Origin: Acidobacteriota bacterium
Lineage (GTDB): Bacteria > Acidobacteriota > UBA6911 > RPQK01 > JAJDTT01
Direction: 5' to 3'
DNA length: 64,000 bases
NCBI GenBank assembly: GCA_965217775.1
Contig: CBDCJH010000002.1
Coordinates: forward strand, 5,440,001-5,504,000
Every line of letters starts with the position of its first letter. Position 1 is the stretch's first letter. The notes beneath the pieces were generated by a model. It saw only the letters and a program-made list of their open reading frames with translations. It did no database searches and was not told the origin of the DNA. Positions 9,840-19,864 of this stretch are shown here, one piece after another. Made by a program: the position numbers and the translations under genes.

Positions 9840-10547
9840 CTATTTCCTGGGTAGGATCAGGACTGCCGTCCCCCCGTGTCCACGATATTCGAGTCGGTGC
9901 ACCGCCTTCTTACGGTGCTTTCCCACCGCGAAGTAGAGATGGCCGGCGACCGGCGACCCGGTGTAGCCCTCGGGAAGGCTCTTGTCCACCAACTCCGTCT
10001 TCATGACCTGACGATCCCGGTCGGTGGAGGGCCGGGGGCGTCGATCGCGTAATACTCCGATCCCAATCGTGGTGCTGGGGCCACCGGACCTGATGTCGTC
10101 ATTACGATTGCGGCGACCGGGGTAGGCTTCCGGATAGCGCTCGCGGCGCGATTCGTATCCGATGGTTCCCGAAGAAACCACACCGCTCCGCTTGGCTGAC
10201 GAGGCTCTCCGTTGCAGACCGGCCGCGATCATCTCCGGTTTCTGGGGGCGGAAGATCTGGTCCCTACCGGAAACCTGGAGAACGAAGTCCCGGTTGTCCA
10301 CCGCGATGTCGGCATTGCCGGGGTAGAGAGCCACTTCCACGACGACATATTTCCCTTTCAGGGGAGTCACGAAGGTCTGCAAGACTTCCATCTCGCTGAG
10401 CAGCCGGGCACCCAGACTGTAACCCTCCTTTTCGATGGAGACGGGATACTTGTTCACCTCGCTCCGAGGACGAGTTCCATCCGAGCCAGCCAAGCCGAAG
10501 ACGCCGGAGAGCAGCGCAACGGAAAGGTTCCGAATCAACTTCTTCAT
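9840..10547 (-). CDS. secreted hypothetical protein, paralog of 10725..11486
   Basis: Signal peptide. Long near-identical blocks shared with the neighbour (YPVSIEK.GYSLGARLLSE, GSPVAGHLYFAVG). Confidence 0.8.
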   Translation of the reverse strand: MKKLIRNLSVALLSGVFGLAGSDGTRPRSEVNKYPVSIEKEGYSLGARLLSEMEVLQTFVTPLKGKYVVVEVALYPGNADIAVDNRDFVLQVSGRDQIFRPQKPEMIAAGLQRRASSAKRSGVVSSGTIGYESRRERYPEAYPGRRNRNDDIRSGGPSTTIGIGVLRDRRPRPSTDRDRQVMKTELVDKSLPEGYTGSPVAGHLYFAVGKHRKKAVHRLEYRGHGGTAVLILPRK

Positions 10548-10550
10548 AGC

Positions 10551-10724
10551 CTACTGCTGGAATCTCTCCCGTAAGTTGGGTTCGATCCTTACGATCTTTC
10601 CGGTCTGTACGTAAACGCGAATTTCGAAGGCAACGAGTGGTTCGGTTTCCACCGTCAGCTGGTACACGCCCGGTTCCGGCCAGATTCCCTTGAGTTCATA
10701 GGCCAAGCCGGCAATGGCGCCGTC
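10551..10724 (-). pseudogene. 3' fragment (57 codons) of a PEGA-domain gene copy
   Basis: Reads DGAIAGLAYELKGIWPEPGVYQLTVE...IEPNLRERFQQ*. Colinear with the last 57 codons of 11490..12020. No start codon of its own at the junction. Confidence 0.85.
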
Positions 10725-11486
10725 CTACTTCCTGGGAAGGACCAGGACGGTGGTCTCCCCGTTTCCGCGGTATTCGAGCCGATGCTCCGCCTTCTCGCGG
10801 TACTCCCCGACTGCGAAGTAGAGGTGGCCGGCGACCGGCGACCCGATGAATCCCTGGGGAATACTCTTGTCCTGCAATTCCGTCTCCATGACGTACCGAT
10901 CCTGGTCGCTGGAGGGCTGGGGCTGGCGATCGAGTACGACGCCGACTCCCACGACGGTCCGGAGACCACCATAGCCCCGCCGGCGGTCGTATCGCCCGTC
11001 GCGCTCACGGCGATCCCAATCGGGATCCTCGACATCACGACGGTCGCTACGCCTGGGAAACCGCCCGTCGGGATAGTGTCCCCGACCCGATTCGTATTCG
11101 ATGTTTCCGTACGGAACGATGCTGACCCGCCTGCCCGCCTTGGTCGTCCGCTGCTGGCCGATGGCGATCCGGCTCGGCTCCTGGGGACGGAACGACCGGT
11201 CGAAACCGTCAATCCGGAGTACGAAGTCCCGGTTGTCCACCTCGATATCGTTGATGCCGGGGTACATTGCCACTTCCACCACGACGTACTTTCCCTTCAG
11301 GGGAGTGACGAAGGTCTGCAGGACCTCCTTCTCGCTGAGCAACCGGGCGCCCAGACTGTAGCCGTCCTTCTCGATGGAGACGGGATACTTCCTGACATTG
11401 GTCAGAGGACGTGTGCCATCCGAGTTGGCCAAGACGAAGATTCCGGAGAGCAGTGCGACGGAAAGGGTCTGAATCAACTTTTTCAT
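10725..11486 (-). CDS. secreted hypothetical protein, paralog of 9840..10547
   Basis: Signal peptide, R/D-rich low-complexity insert, duplicated gene. Confidence 0.8.
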   Translation of the reverse strand: MKKLIQTLSVALLSGIFVLANSDGTRPLTNVRKYPVSIEKDGYSLGARLLSEKEVLQTFVTPLKGKYVVVEVAMYPGINDIEVDNRDFVLRIDGFDRSFRPQEPSRIAIGQQRTTKAGRRVSIVPYGNIEYESGRGHYPDGRFPRRSDRRDVEDPDWDRRERDGRYDRRRGYGGLRTVVGVGVVLDRQPQPSSDQDRYVMETELQDKSIPQGFIGSPVAGHLYFAVGEYREKAEHRLEYRGNGETTVLVLPRK

Positions 11487-11489
11487 AGT

Positions 11490-12020
11490 CTACTCCTGGG
11501 ATCTCTCCTTGAATTTGGGTTCGATCCGTACCGTCTTCCCCGTCAGTACGTAGACCCGAATCTCGAAGGGCTCGTGCCGGTCGGGTTCCACCTTCAACTG
11601 GTACACGCCCGGATCCAGCCAGATTTCCTTGAGATCCTTGGCCAGACCGGCGAAGGCGCCGTCCAGGTAGACGCTCGCCTCCTTGTATTTCGTCTTCAAC
11701 TTGATTCGGCCTCCCCTGGCGGTTCGTCCGTAACCCGCAAAGTAAGCGGGATGGTAGAAATCGGGATAGGCCCAGGCGCCGGTCAAGTGATGGAACGGGT
11801 ACCTGCCCCAGTAATAGGAGTAGTGGGGGAAATAACCGAACGGAGGGTAGTAGCGAAACCGGCTGTATCTGTATCCGCCTCCCAGAGAAAACCCGTGCAG
11901 GTTGAAGAGTCCGGACTTTTCGACGGTCACGGCCCCTTTAGCCGCCCCGGTATCGGCCTTCTTCTCGGCGGCCAGGGGTTGGAGGAGAAAGAGGGAGATA
12001 AGGAATAGTCTAGGTGACAT
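11490..12020 (-). CDS. PEGA-domain protein with Tyr-rich linker
   Basis: Signal peptide, Y/P/G-rich stretch, ASVYLDGAFAG...LDPGVYQLKVE PEGA pattern. Confidence 0.8.
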   Translation of the reverse strand: MSPRLFLISLFLLQPLAAEKKADTGAAKGAVTVEKSGLFNLHGFSLGGGYRYSRFRYYPPFGYFPHYSYYWGRYPFHHLTGAWAYPDFYHPAYFAGYGRTARGGRIKLKTKYKEASVYLDGAFAGLAKDLKEIWLDPGVYQLKVEPDRHEPFEIRVYVLTGKTVRIEPKFKERSQE

Positions 12021-12118
12021 GATCGAATTTCCTGCCAGTGTACACGATTCGATTCTTATTTTATTAGACCGTCACCGGATCGTAATGGTTCATTGCCCCC
12101 GAAAAATTCGTGATCCAT

Positions 12119-12712
12119 TCAATCCGGGGGCCGGATCATGGTTTCGGCGATGGCGAAGACGCAGGAACTCCGGTCTCCGCCTCCCAATGCCTCCCGCCAG
12201 ATGCTTCGAGGGTAGGGGGTACCTTCGATCCGGCGGCCATCCAGGAGGACCCGAGCCCCTTGGCAGAAGAAGAGCACCGTGAAGGCGGGCCTTCGCCGCT
12301 GAATTTCCGGGTCGGCACGGTAAGCCAGGGTGGCCGGCTCCAGCCGGGTCCAGGTCACGCTCAGGCGATGGCTTCCGGCCTCCATGATCCATGACGGGGA
12401 CTCTTTCAGGCCGCCCCCGCGCCGAAAGGCGGCTTCAACGACCGGAAGGCCGGATCCGAAGGGCGGCGCCTTCCCTCGAAACATGGTTTCCCGGATGAAC
12501 TGAAGGAGGGCTCGATTGTCGGTCAACACCGCCTGGAGTGAGCCGGGAACGTCCACGAAGGCGACGTGCCCCTCACCGGCGGGGCTGTAAACGGACCGGT
12601 AGAGGCTGACTCGAACGGAATCCACTCGGGTTCCGGGTGCGCGCAGAAAGCAGATCCAGTGTTCTCCCGACCAGAGGAGGCGGCCGGGCAGGATCGGATT
12701 CGGTGCGGTCAT
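12119..12712 (-). CDS. hypothetical protein
   Basis: MTAPNPILPGRLLWSGEHW... The ATG overlaps the upstream hydrolase stop (ATGA). C-terminal part of ORF 12119..13552. Confidence 0.65.
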   Translation of the reverse strand: MTAPNPILPGRLLWSGEHWICFLRAPGTRVDSVRVSLYRSVYSPAGEGHVAFVDVPGSLQAVLTDNRALLQFIRETMFRGKAPPFGSGLPVVEAAFRRGGGLKESPSWIMEAGSHRLSVTWTRLEPATLAYRADPEIQRRRPAFTVLFFCQGARVLLDGRRIEGTPYPRSIWREALGGGDRSSCVFAIAETMIRPPD

Positions 12713-13575
12713 GGCGTCGACGACTGGAAGAGTTCCTTCAAGAAGCGGAGGATCTCCTCCCGGACCGGATCGCCCTTTCGACCCAACCCGGCGATGATGT
12801 TCACGTGGTTGCGGTCCGCAATCTCCAGGCTTCGGACCGTGCCCCCCCACTTGGCCAGGGCGCTCTCGAGGCGGCGGGTCTGATAGTCGGCCGTGGGATA
12901 ATCTTGATCGGCATAGAGGAGCAGAAAAGGCGCCGGTTTGCTCCGCACTCGGAGAGCCGGAGAGGCGGCCTGGAGTTGTTCGTTTCGGGTGCCGAAGACG
13001 TCCTGGTAGAGGAGCTGTCCCGTCACCCCGGTCCGGGTCAGGTCGTAGACGCCGCTGACGGCCACCACCCCGCCGATCACATCGGGCGCCCGGCCGTGCT
13101 CCTTCAGATACACCTCGTCCAACGCCGTCAGGGAGCAGAGATGCGCGCCGGCCGAATGCCCCACGAGAACGATCTTTCCGGGGTTCCAACCGTACCGGGA
13201 GGCATTGCCATGGACCCAACTGACCGCCCGTGCCACGTCCCGGGCGTGTTCGGGATGGCGCACCTCCGGGGTGAGCCGATAGTTGATCACCGCCACGGCC
13301 ACCCCCTCGGCGGCCAGACTCCGGCCCATGGCGCCGTAAGCCCCCCCGTAGGCGTCCTTGTCGCCCCGTCTCCAGGAACCCCCGTGGACGAACACCAGCA
13401 CCGGATGCCCCTCGCTTCCGGATGGAAGGTAGAGGTCCAATTTGTGCTTGCTGGGATGAGCGTTGGATCCTTCGTAGTAGGACAGGTCCTTCCGTTCTAC
13501 GATCCGGCTCGACCCCGTAGCGGGAACCGTCGTGACTGCCACCCACAACCACAAGGCGGTCAAGGCGTATCTCAT
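12709..13575 (-). CDS. secreted alpha/beta hydrolase (HSL-like carboxylesterase)
   Basis: HGGSW oxyanion motif, GHSAG nucleophile elbow, signal peptide from MRYAL. Confidence 0.88.
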   Translation of the reverse strand: MRYALTALWLWVAVTTVPATGSSRIVERKDLSYYEGSNAHPSKHKLDLYLPSGSEGHPVLVFVHGGSWRRGDKDAYGGAYGAMGRSLAAEGVAVAVINYRLTPEVRHPEHARDVARAVSWVHGNASRYGWNPGKIVLVGHSAGAHLCSLTALDEVYLKEHGRAPDVIGGVVAVSGVYDLTRTGVTGQLLYQDVFGTRNEQLQAASPALRVRSKPAPFLLLYADQDYPTADYQTRRLESALAKWGGTVRSLEIADRNHVNIIAGLGRKGDPVREEILRFLKELFQSSTP

Positions 13576-13715
13576 GGGGCTACGATGCTGGACCACCGGC
13601 CGATATCTTGCAAGTGAGATCCGTCCCGCTCGGCGGCAGCGCTGTCGAACGTCCCAAGGGGTCTGACACGGGACTCTGCGCACGACGTGCAAAAATCGGT
13701 CACAATACGCCCGTC

Positions 13716-14444
13716 GTGGAATCATTGCGAGTTGAAAACCTCACCAAGGACTATCCCATGGGAGAGCGGGTGGTCCGGGCCCTGGACGGGATCTCGTTGG
13801 AGGTCGTTCCGGGAGAATTTCTGGGTGTCGTGGGCCGTTCCGGTTCCGGGAAGTCGACCCTGCTCAACCTGTTGGCAGGGCTGGACCGCCCCAGTTCAGG
13901 CTCGCTCTGGGTCGGCGACCGGGACCTGGCCCGAATGAGTCCCGAACAATTGGCTCATCATCGCCAGCACACGGTGGGAATCGTGTTTCAGTTCTTTCAC
14001 CTGATCCCGACCTTGACCGCCCTCCAGAACGTGGAATTGCCCATGGCTTTCTCCGGGTTGGGACCGGGAAAACGGGCGGACAAGGCCAGATCTCTGCTGG
14101 GAAGCGTCGGACTCTCCCATCGCTTGGACCACGTCCCCTCCCAGCTCTCCGGAGGTGAGCAGCAACGGGTCTCCATCGCTCGTTCACTGGCCAACGACCC
14201 TCAGTTTCTGCTCGCCGACGAACCCACCGGCAACCTGGACAGCGCCACGGCCGGGGAGATCCAGGAGATCTTCAAGCGGCTCCACTTGGAGGGACGCACC
14301 GTGATCTGCGTGACCCACGAGCAGGACCTCTGGAAAGAAAGCCTGGATCGCGTGATCGAACTGAGGGATGGCCGCCTTTTCCGGGAAGAACGGCTGGTGC
14401 GAGGCGAAGGCGGTGGGAACGGAATCCCGGGCGGAGAGGACTGA
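13716..14444 (+). CDS. ABC transporter ATP-binding protein (LolD/MacB type)
   Basis: GRSGSGKST, LSGGEQQRV, LLADEPTGNLD. Confidence 0.93.
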   Translation: MESLRVENLTKDYPMGERVVRALDGISLEVVPGEFLGVVGRSGSGKSTLLNLLAGLDRPSSGSLWVGDRDLARMSPEQLAHHRQHTVGIVFQFFHLIPTLTALQNVELPMAFSGLGPGKRADKARSLLGSVGLSHRLDHVPSQLSGGEQQRVSIARSLANDPQFLLADEPTGNLDSATAGEIQEIFKRLHLEGRTVICVTHEQDLWKESLDRVIELRDGRLFREERLVRGEGGGNGIPGGED

Positions 14445-15784
14445 TGCCCTGGAGTGACATCTTCCAGATGGCCTGGCGCAACATCGGACAGGCCCGCCTG
14501 CGCTTCGTCCTGACCTGCCTGGGGGTTCTGATCGCCATCTCCACCCTGGTGGCACTGGTGAGTTTCGGAGCCGGGCTACGCCTGCAGACGGTCGGGAACC
14601 TGGAGGTGCGGGAGGTGTTCACCTCTTTCCAGATTCTGGGACCCGCCAGATCCCAGAGCTTCAGACGGTTTCGGGATTCCGGCCCGGACTCCGCCACTCC
14701 AACCGCCAGACCGGTTCTGGACGAAGACCTGGTCCACAGGGTCGCGGCTCTTGAAGGAGTCGTGAGCGTCCAACCGGACATCCGATTCGCGGCTCGACTG
14801 GAGCACGGGGACAAGGTTCACCTGACCCGGGTTCGCGGGGCAGGCCCGCACGTCGCTCCCCTGTCCCCCTATTCGAAGATCACTCAGGGGCGGTTTCTCT
14901 CCGGGACCCAGGGGGCCGAGATCGTCCTCACCGGCCGGGTGGCTCGCCGGTTGGGGTTCGAGCCCCCGGAGCAGGCCGTGGGGAAAACCATCCAACTCTT
15001 GACGGATCGTCTCAAGCAGGACGTCTCGGACGGGGATCTTCCCTTCGAGACGGTTCGATTTGCCTATCGGGTCGTGGGTGTCCTGCCTCGTCTGCTCCCG
15101 AATCAGACCAACCCGTTTTTCCGGGGTGTGGTCATCCCCTTGGTAGAGGCGCGGGAACTCTGGAAGGAAAATGCGAGCGGGATGACCTCCCTGTCCGGCC
15201 TGACCTCTCTGGAGGAAGGCCGGGGGCGCGAATACGACAGCATCGACGTGCGCGTGGCGGACCTGGTGAGCCTGGAGCGGGTTCGGGAAGAGGTCCGGTC
15301 CTGGGGAGCGGCGACGTTCGCCATCGTCGACCAGATGAAGCGGATCCAAGAGGCGTTTCTGGTGCTGGAGGTAGTCCTCGGCGTCCTGGGCGGAATCGCC
15401 ATGCTCGTCGCTTCTCTGGGCATCGCCAACGTCCTGATCATTTCGGTCATGGAGCGCCGCCGGGTCATCGGCATCATGAAGGCCATCGGAGGGACCGACC
15501 GGGACGTCCGCCGCATCTTTCTGGCCGAGGCGGGTCTGATCGGTTTCTCAGGCGGGGTCATGGGGCTTCTGGCCGGTTGGACTCTGACCCGAATAGCCAC
15601 GGTCTTCATCGACCGCTACTTCCAGAGCCACGATATTCTGAACGCTCCCAACCTCTTCGCCTATCCACTATGGCTGGTGGCCGGCGCCATCGGTTTCGCG
15701 GTGGGGCTGAGCCTTCTCTCGGGCGTGATTCCGGCCAATCGCGCCACGCGGGTCGATCCGGTCGAGGCTCTCCGGCAAGGCTGA
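14444..15784 (+). CDS. ABC transporter permease (FtsX/MacB type)
   Basis: One N-terminal TM, periplasmic domain, then three TMs. ERRRVIGIMKAIGG and DPVEALR. Confidence 0.9.
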   Translation: MPWSDIFQMAWRNIGQARLRFVLTCLGVLIAISTLVALVSFGAGLRLQTVGNLEVREVFTSFQILGPARSQSFRRFRDSGPDSATPTARPVLDEDLVHRVAALEGVVSVQPDIRFAARLEHGDKVHLTRVRGAGPHVAPLSPYSKITQGRFLSGTQGAEIVLTGRVARRLGFEPPEQAVGKTIQLLTDRLKQDVSDGDLPFETVRFAYRVVGVLPRLLPNQTNPFFRGVVIPLVEARELWKENASGMTSLSGLTSLEEGRGREYDSIDVRVADLVSLERVREEVRSWGAATFAIVDQMKRIQEAFLVLEVVLGVLGGIAMLVASLGIANVLIISVMERRRVIGIMKAIGGTDRDVRRIFLAEAGLIGFSGGVMGLLAGWTLTRIATVFIDRYFQSHDILNAPNLFAYPLWLVAGAIGFAVGLSLLSGVIPANRATRVDPVEALRQG

Positions 15785-15804
15785 ATCTTTGACACCGGCT
15801 GGAG

Positions 15805-16368
15805 CTACCGGTCGGGCAAGCGCTGCTCCGGGACGGACGATCGTACGGGAGGAGTGGGCGCCGGATCGCCGGTCTGGCGTTTCTCCTCGGGGACGATCTC
15901 CCGGGGAGGACGGGTCAGCGGTCGACCCGCCCGGCCCCCCGAGGGAGCCGAAATCGGAGGAACCTGCCGTGAAGGCCTCGAAACCGGGGTTCGGCTCACC
16001 GGCGCCGGCCGGTTCCGGGACGGAGTGAGCCTGCGAGGGGCCGTCGACTGGGACCGGCCACCCGCCCGCCGACCCGGTTCCCCGGGTCGAACGGTTGGCG
16101 CCGCCGTGGAAGAACCCGGAGTGGACGGTTCAACCGGGTCCGTCTCCGATCCGGCCGGAGGAAGTCTCCTGGGTGTCGGAATCCGTGGTTCCGGGCTGGG
16201 AGTCGATGCTTCCGGCGAGGGGCTGTCGACCTGGCGTCTCTCCTGCTGGATCGGACGCACGATTTCCTCGACCGGGTCGGCGCTCCAATAGGTTTGAGTC
16301 AGGGCGTAGACGACGAACAGAGCCGATGCGACGACCAGGGCGGTGTTGATCTGGTTGGCGTATTTCAC
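15805..16368 (-). CDS. membrane-anchored Pro/Arg-rich disordered protein
   Basis: GTG start after GGGAG, single TM (ALVVASALFVVYAL), then low-complexity tail. Confidence 0.55.
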   Translation of the reverse strand: MKYANQINTALVVASALFVVYALTQTYWSADPVEEIVRPIQQERRQVDSPSPEASTPSPEPRIPTPRRLPPAGSETDPVEPSTPGSSTAAPTVRPGEPGRRAGGRSQSTAPRRLTPSRNRPAPVSRTPVSRPSRQVPPISAPSGGRAGRPLTRPPREIVPEEKRQTGDPAPTPPVRSSVPEQRLPDR

Positions 16369-16400
16369 TGCGGTCGCTTGCTCCCGTTGACCTGAATAGC

Positions 16401-16427
16401 TTACCAGTCCGTGGTGAAAGTCCCGCA
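16401..16427. repeat. solo end of the palindromic element at 20977
   Basis: CAGTCCGTGGTGAAAGTCCCGC (22 nt) is identical to 20977-20998. Confidence 0.75.
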
Positions 16428-16504
16428 TTGCACCCCGGCCGGGTCCGCGCCCGCCGGTTCCGGTTCGCTTTTGACCGACCGGTAAGCTATCTTGAGATTC
16501 CCAC

Positions 16505-17482
16505 ATGCACAGGCGGACCACCTGGATCGTGATCAGTCTTTTGGCGCTCGGGTTTCCTTTCTCCGCTTCAGCTCAAGACGCCGCTCCGACAGCAAAGGAT
16601 GATGGTGCCGGTACGTCGAGAGTCGAAGTCGAGGTGGCGCTGGAGCACATCCGGGTCACCTTCCTGGTGCGCGACGATCGGGGCCACCTGATCCGCAACC
16701 TCTCCAAAGACGACTTCGTTGTGCTGGAAAACGGCCGGCCCCAGAACATCACCCTGCTTGAAGAGCAGGAGGTCCCCATCAACGTGGTGGTCATGGTGGA
16801 TACCAGTTGGAGCCTCCAGGATCTCCTGAAGAATGCCGTGGAGACGGCGATCGACTTCTTTCGCGGGCTGGAGAACGAAAGTGCGGCTGTCGTCCGATTC
16901 TCCCGAACTCCCGAGTTGATCCTGGATTGGGACGAGAGACCACCGGATATCCGGTCGCTGCTGGCTGGCGTCTCCAGCGACGGCAAGACGGCTCTCTACG
17001 ATTCGGTGATCTGGGTCTGCCGAAACGTCCTGGAGTCTCGATCGGGCAAGAAAGTGGTCGTCCTGATCAGTGACGGAATAGACACCGCCAGCAGAGCCAG
17101 TTTCCGTGACATGATCCGAGTCTCGCGGCAAGAGGGAATCACCGTCTACCCCATCATCTACACCAACCAGTTCATCCAGAACTATCGCCATGAACTGGGC
17201 GATCGAGAGGCGCCGATCCGGAGCAACATCAGTCGCGCCTTTCACCGGTTCGTAGTGGGTCAGAACCGATTTTTGGAGCAGACTCGGCGCTACGGGGGCC
17301 GGACCATCTTCTCGGACTCCTTCCTCGACCTGAGCCAGATCTACGCGGATATCATCGAAGAGATGAAGAGCCACTACGTCCTGTACTATCAGTCCGACGC
17401 CCGAGCCGAGGACGAATCGCACGAAGTCCGGATGTTTACCCGGCGGATTCCGGGAAGGATCTTCGTTGAATTCAGCCAGTGA
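16505..17482 (+). CDS. VWA domain protein (Acidobacterial VWFA-related type)
   Basis: MIDAS DTSWS, TALYDSV, LISDGIDTAS. N-terminal V.D..G..I..L.KDDF.VLENG module. Confidence 0.88.
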   Translation: MHRRTTWIVISLLALGFPFSASAQDAAPTAKDDGAGTSRVEVEVALEHIRVTFLVRDDRGHLIRNLSKDDFVVLENGRPQNITLLEEQEVPINVVVMVDTSWSLQDLLKNAVETAIDFFRGLENESAAVVRFSRTPELILDWDERPPDIRSLLAGVSSDGKTALYDSVIWVCRNVLESRSGKKVVVLISDGIDTASRASFRDMIRVSRQEGITVYPIIYTNQFIQNYRHELGDREAPIRSNISRAFHRFVVGQNRFLEQTRRYGGRTIFSDSFLDLSQIYADIIEEMKSHYVLYYQSDARAEDESHEVRMFTRRIPGRIFVEFSQ

Positions 17483-17570
17483 AGCCGGCGCGCCTCCGGG
17501 TTGAAGAGGCGTGTAGAATATAGGCGCAAGGTTTGAGCTGGCCATGTTCTATTGCGACTGGAAGTGAAAG

Positions 17571-18650
17571 ATGAGTGACAAGCAGGCGATTCTGGAGGCG
17601 CTGAAAAGAGTTCAGGACCCGGATCTCCGACGAGATATCGTTTCCCTGGGGTTCGTCAAGGAAGTCAAGCTCTGTGGTCCGGCGGCCGCCGTCACCATCG
17701 AATTGACCACGCCGGCCTGTCCGGTGAAGGATTTGATGAAGGAGCAGGCGCGGCAAGCGATCCTTTCGCTACCGGGAATCGAAGAGGCCCACGTCACCAT
17801 GACGGCGCAGGTGCGATCCTCGATGGGATCCCGGGGGGCCGCCCTCCTGCCCGACGTGAAGAACGTCATCCCGGTGGCCAGCGGAAAGGGCGGAGTGGGG
17901 AAGTCGACCGTCAGCGCCAACCTGGCTCTGGCCCTGGCGCGGAGCGGGGCAAGGGTCGGCCTGTTGGACGCCGACGTCTATGGGCCCAGCATTCCCACTC
18001 TCATGGGGATCTCCGGCAAGCCGGACATGGCGCCCGGGAACCGCATCCTCCCGATCCGGCAGTACGGCGTCGGCGTCATCTCCATGGGTTTCTTCCTCCC
18101 CCAGGACAAGGCCGTCATCTGGCGGGGTCCCATGCTGGACAAGATGATCGGCCAGTTCCTGGGCGGAGTCCAATGGGGAGCGCTGGACTACCTGGTGATC
18201 GATCTGCCGCCGGGTACGGGGGACGTTCAGCTTAGCCTCTGCCAGAAGATCTCCCTGACCGGAGCCGTGGTGGTTTCAACTCCCCAGGACGTGGCCCTGA
18301 ACGTGGCCCAGAAGGCCATCATCATGTTCAACCAGTTGAACTGTCCCGTCCTTGGGATGGTGGAGAACATGAGCTACTACGTTTGCAATTGCTGCGGAGC
18401 GCGGGAGGAAATCTTCGGAGCCGGAGGCGCGCAGCGGGTCAGCGAGCAACTGGAGCTTCCCCTGTTGGGGAACATCCCTCTCTCCACCGACATTCGAGTC
18501 CAGTCCGACCGGGGCCGTCCCATCGTTCTGGATGCTCCCGAGTCGCTGGCTGCCAAATCCTTCGTGAGCGTGGCCGAAAACCTCGCGGCGCAGATCAGCA
18601 TCCGCAACATGTCCAGCGAGCTGAATCAGGAAATCCAGATCGCCTTCTAG
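17571..18650 (+). CDS. apbC: Mrp/ApbC/NBP35 Fe-S cluster carrier ATPase with N-terminal DUF59
   Basis: LTTPACP, SGKGGVGKST, DADVYGPS, DLPPGTGD, ENMS..C..C. Confidence 0.93.
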   Translation: MSDKQAILEALKRVQDPDLRRDIVSLGFVKEVKLCGPAAAVTIELTTPACPVKDLMKEQARQAILSLPGIEEAHVTMTAQVRSSMGSRGAALLPDVKNVIPVASGKGGVGKSTVSANLALALARSGARVGLLDADVYGPSIPTLMGISGKPDMAPGNRILPIRQYGVGVISMGFFLPQDKAVIWRGPMLDKMIGQFLGGVQWGALDYLVIDLPPGTGDVQLSLCQKISLTGAVVVSTPQDVALNVAQKAIIMFNQLNCPVLGMVENMSYYVCNCCGAREEIFGAGGAQRVSEQLELPLLGNIPLSTDIRVQSDRGRPIVLDAPESLAAKSFVSVAENLAAQISIRNMSSELNQEIQIAF

Positions 18651-18663
18651 CCCGAGTAGCCGG

Positions 18664-18972
18664 TTGCACATTCCTTCCAAGATCACCCGGGCCAATCAGC
18701 ACGATGTCGCCATCACCTGGAGTGACGGGCACCAGAGTCTCTATCCCGCTAGGGATCTCCGCCTTGCCTGCCCCTGTGCCTCCTGCGTCGACGAGATGAC
18801 GGGCCTGCGCATCCTGCAGCCGGGACAGGTCAACCAGGGCATCGCTCCAGCGTCGCTGGAGTTGGTGGGCCGCTACGCGATCCGGATCTGGTGGCAGGAC
18901 GGGCACTCCAGCGGCATCTATACCTTCAACTACTTGCGCGAACTCTGCCCCTGTAAGGAATGCCGGGGATGA
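18664..18972 (+). CDS. DUF971 (GBBH-like N-terminal) protein
   Basis: WSDGH, LRLACPCASC, VGRYA, DGHSSGIY. Confidence 0.88.
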   Translation: MHIPSKITRANQHDVAITWSDGHQSLYPARDLRLACPCASCVDEMTGLRILQPGQVNQGIAPASLELVGRYAIRIWWQDGHSSGIYTFNYLRELCPCKECRG

Positions 18973-18973
18973 G

Positions 18974-19774
18974 TCAGTGAGACTCTTTGTACTGTCTGCG
19001 GCCCACCCATGCCGTCGCCCGGGCCGTCAGGGCGGGCGATAGACGGTTCAAGCCGATGAGCAGCCGGCCCAGCCCGCTCAGGTGCACTTCCCGGCGCCGG
19101 CGCCGGACCGCCTCGACGATGACGCGGGCCACCGATTCCGCCGTGTCCGGCCGAAACGGCCTGCTGGCAACCTGGGCGCTCTCGGTGCGGGTAGCCGCCT
19201 CGTGGAACTCGGTTTCGGTAAAGCCGGGACAGATGAGGCTGATCCCGACCCCACTCCCTCTCAGTTCTCCCCAGAGGGCTTCGGCCAGGGCCGCCTGCGC
19301 GAATTTGGTCACGCAGTAAGCTGAACTATAGGGCATGGCTCTTCGTCCGATGACACTGCTGACCAGGACGATGTGTCCACTTCCTTGTTCGATCATTCCG
19401 GGAAGGGCGGCATGGATGGTCTCGTACCCGGACTGGAAGTTGACCTGCCAGATTCGAGCCACCGTCTCCGGGGGAATCTCGACCACTGGGCCCACAACGC
19501 CATAGCCGGCATTGGAGACGACCACGTCGAGACCCTGGAGATGCCGGCGGCACTCGTGGGCGATCGCCGTCCCGCGATCCGGCTGACTCAGATCGTGAGC
19601 TGCCCAGAGGGCCTGGGGAGCACCTCTGCGGCGGCATTCGCCCGCCACCTGCTCCAATCGTTCGCTTCGCCGGGCCACCAGAAAGAGTTCGCACCCTTCC
19701 TCGGCAAACGCGTAGGCAGTGGCTTCACCGATTCCGGCCGACGCCCCGGTGATGAGAACCTTCTTGTGTCGCAT
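18974..19774 (-). CDS. SDR family oxidoreductase
   Basis: TGASAGIG, NAG, YCVTK. Confidence 0.92.
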   Translation of the reverse strand: MRHKKVLITGASAGIGEATAYAFAEEGCELFLVARRSERLEQVAGECRRRGAPQALWAAHDLSQPDRGTAIAHECRRHLQGLDVVVSNAGYGVVGPVVEIPPETVARIWQVNFQSGYETIHAALPGMIEQGSGHIVLVSSVIGRRAMPYSSAYCVTKFAQAALAEALWGELRGSGVGISLICPGFTETEFHEAATRTESAQVASRPFRPDTAESVARVIVEAVRRRRREVHLSGLGRLLIGLNRLSPALTARATAWVGRRQYKESH

Positions 19775-19864
19775 GGATTTGCGATTCGACGCCGTCCTTC
19801 TCTCCGCGGCCAAAGCCGATCCGCAGCCGCCGTGACGGGTCGAGTCCGCCCGTTCCCGGGTGGT

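Noticed and set aside
9840-11663. DGR template/variable repeat pair
   Set aside because: Differences between the copies are not adenine-specific, and no reverse transcriptase is present.
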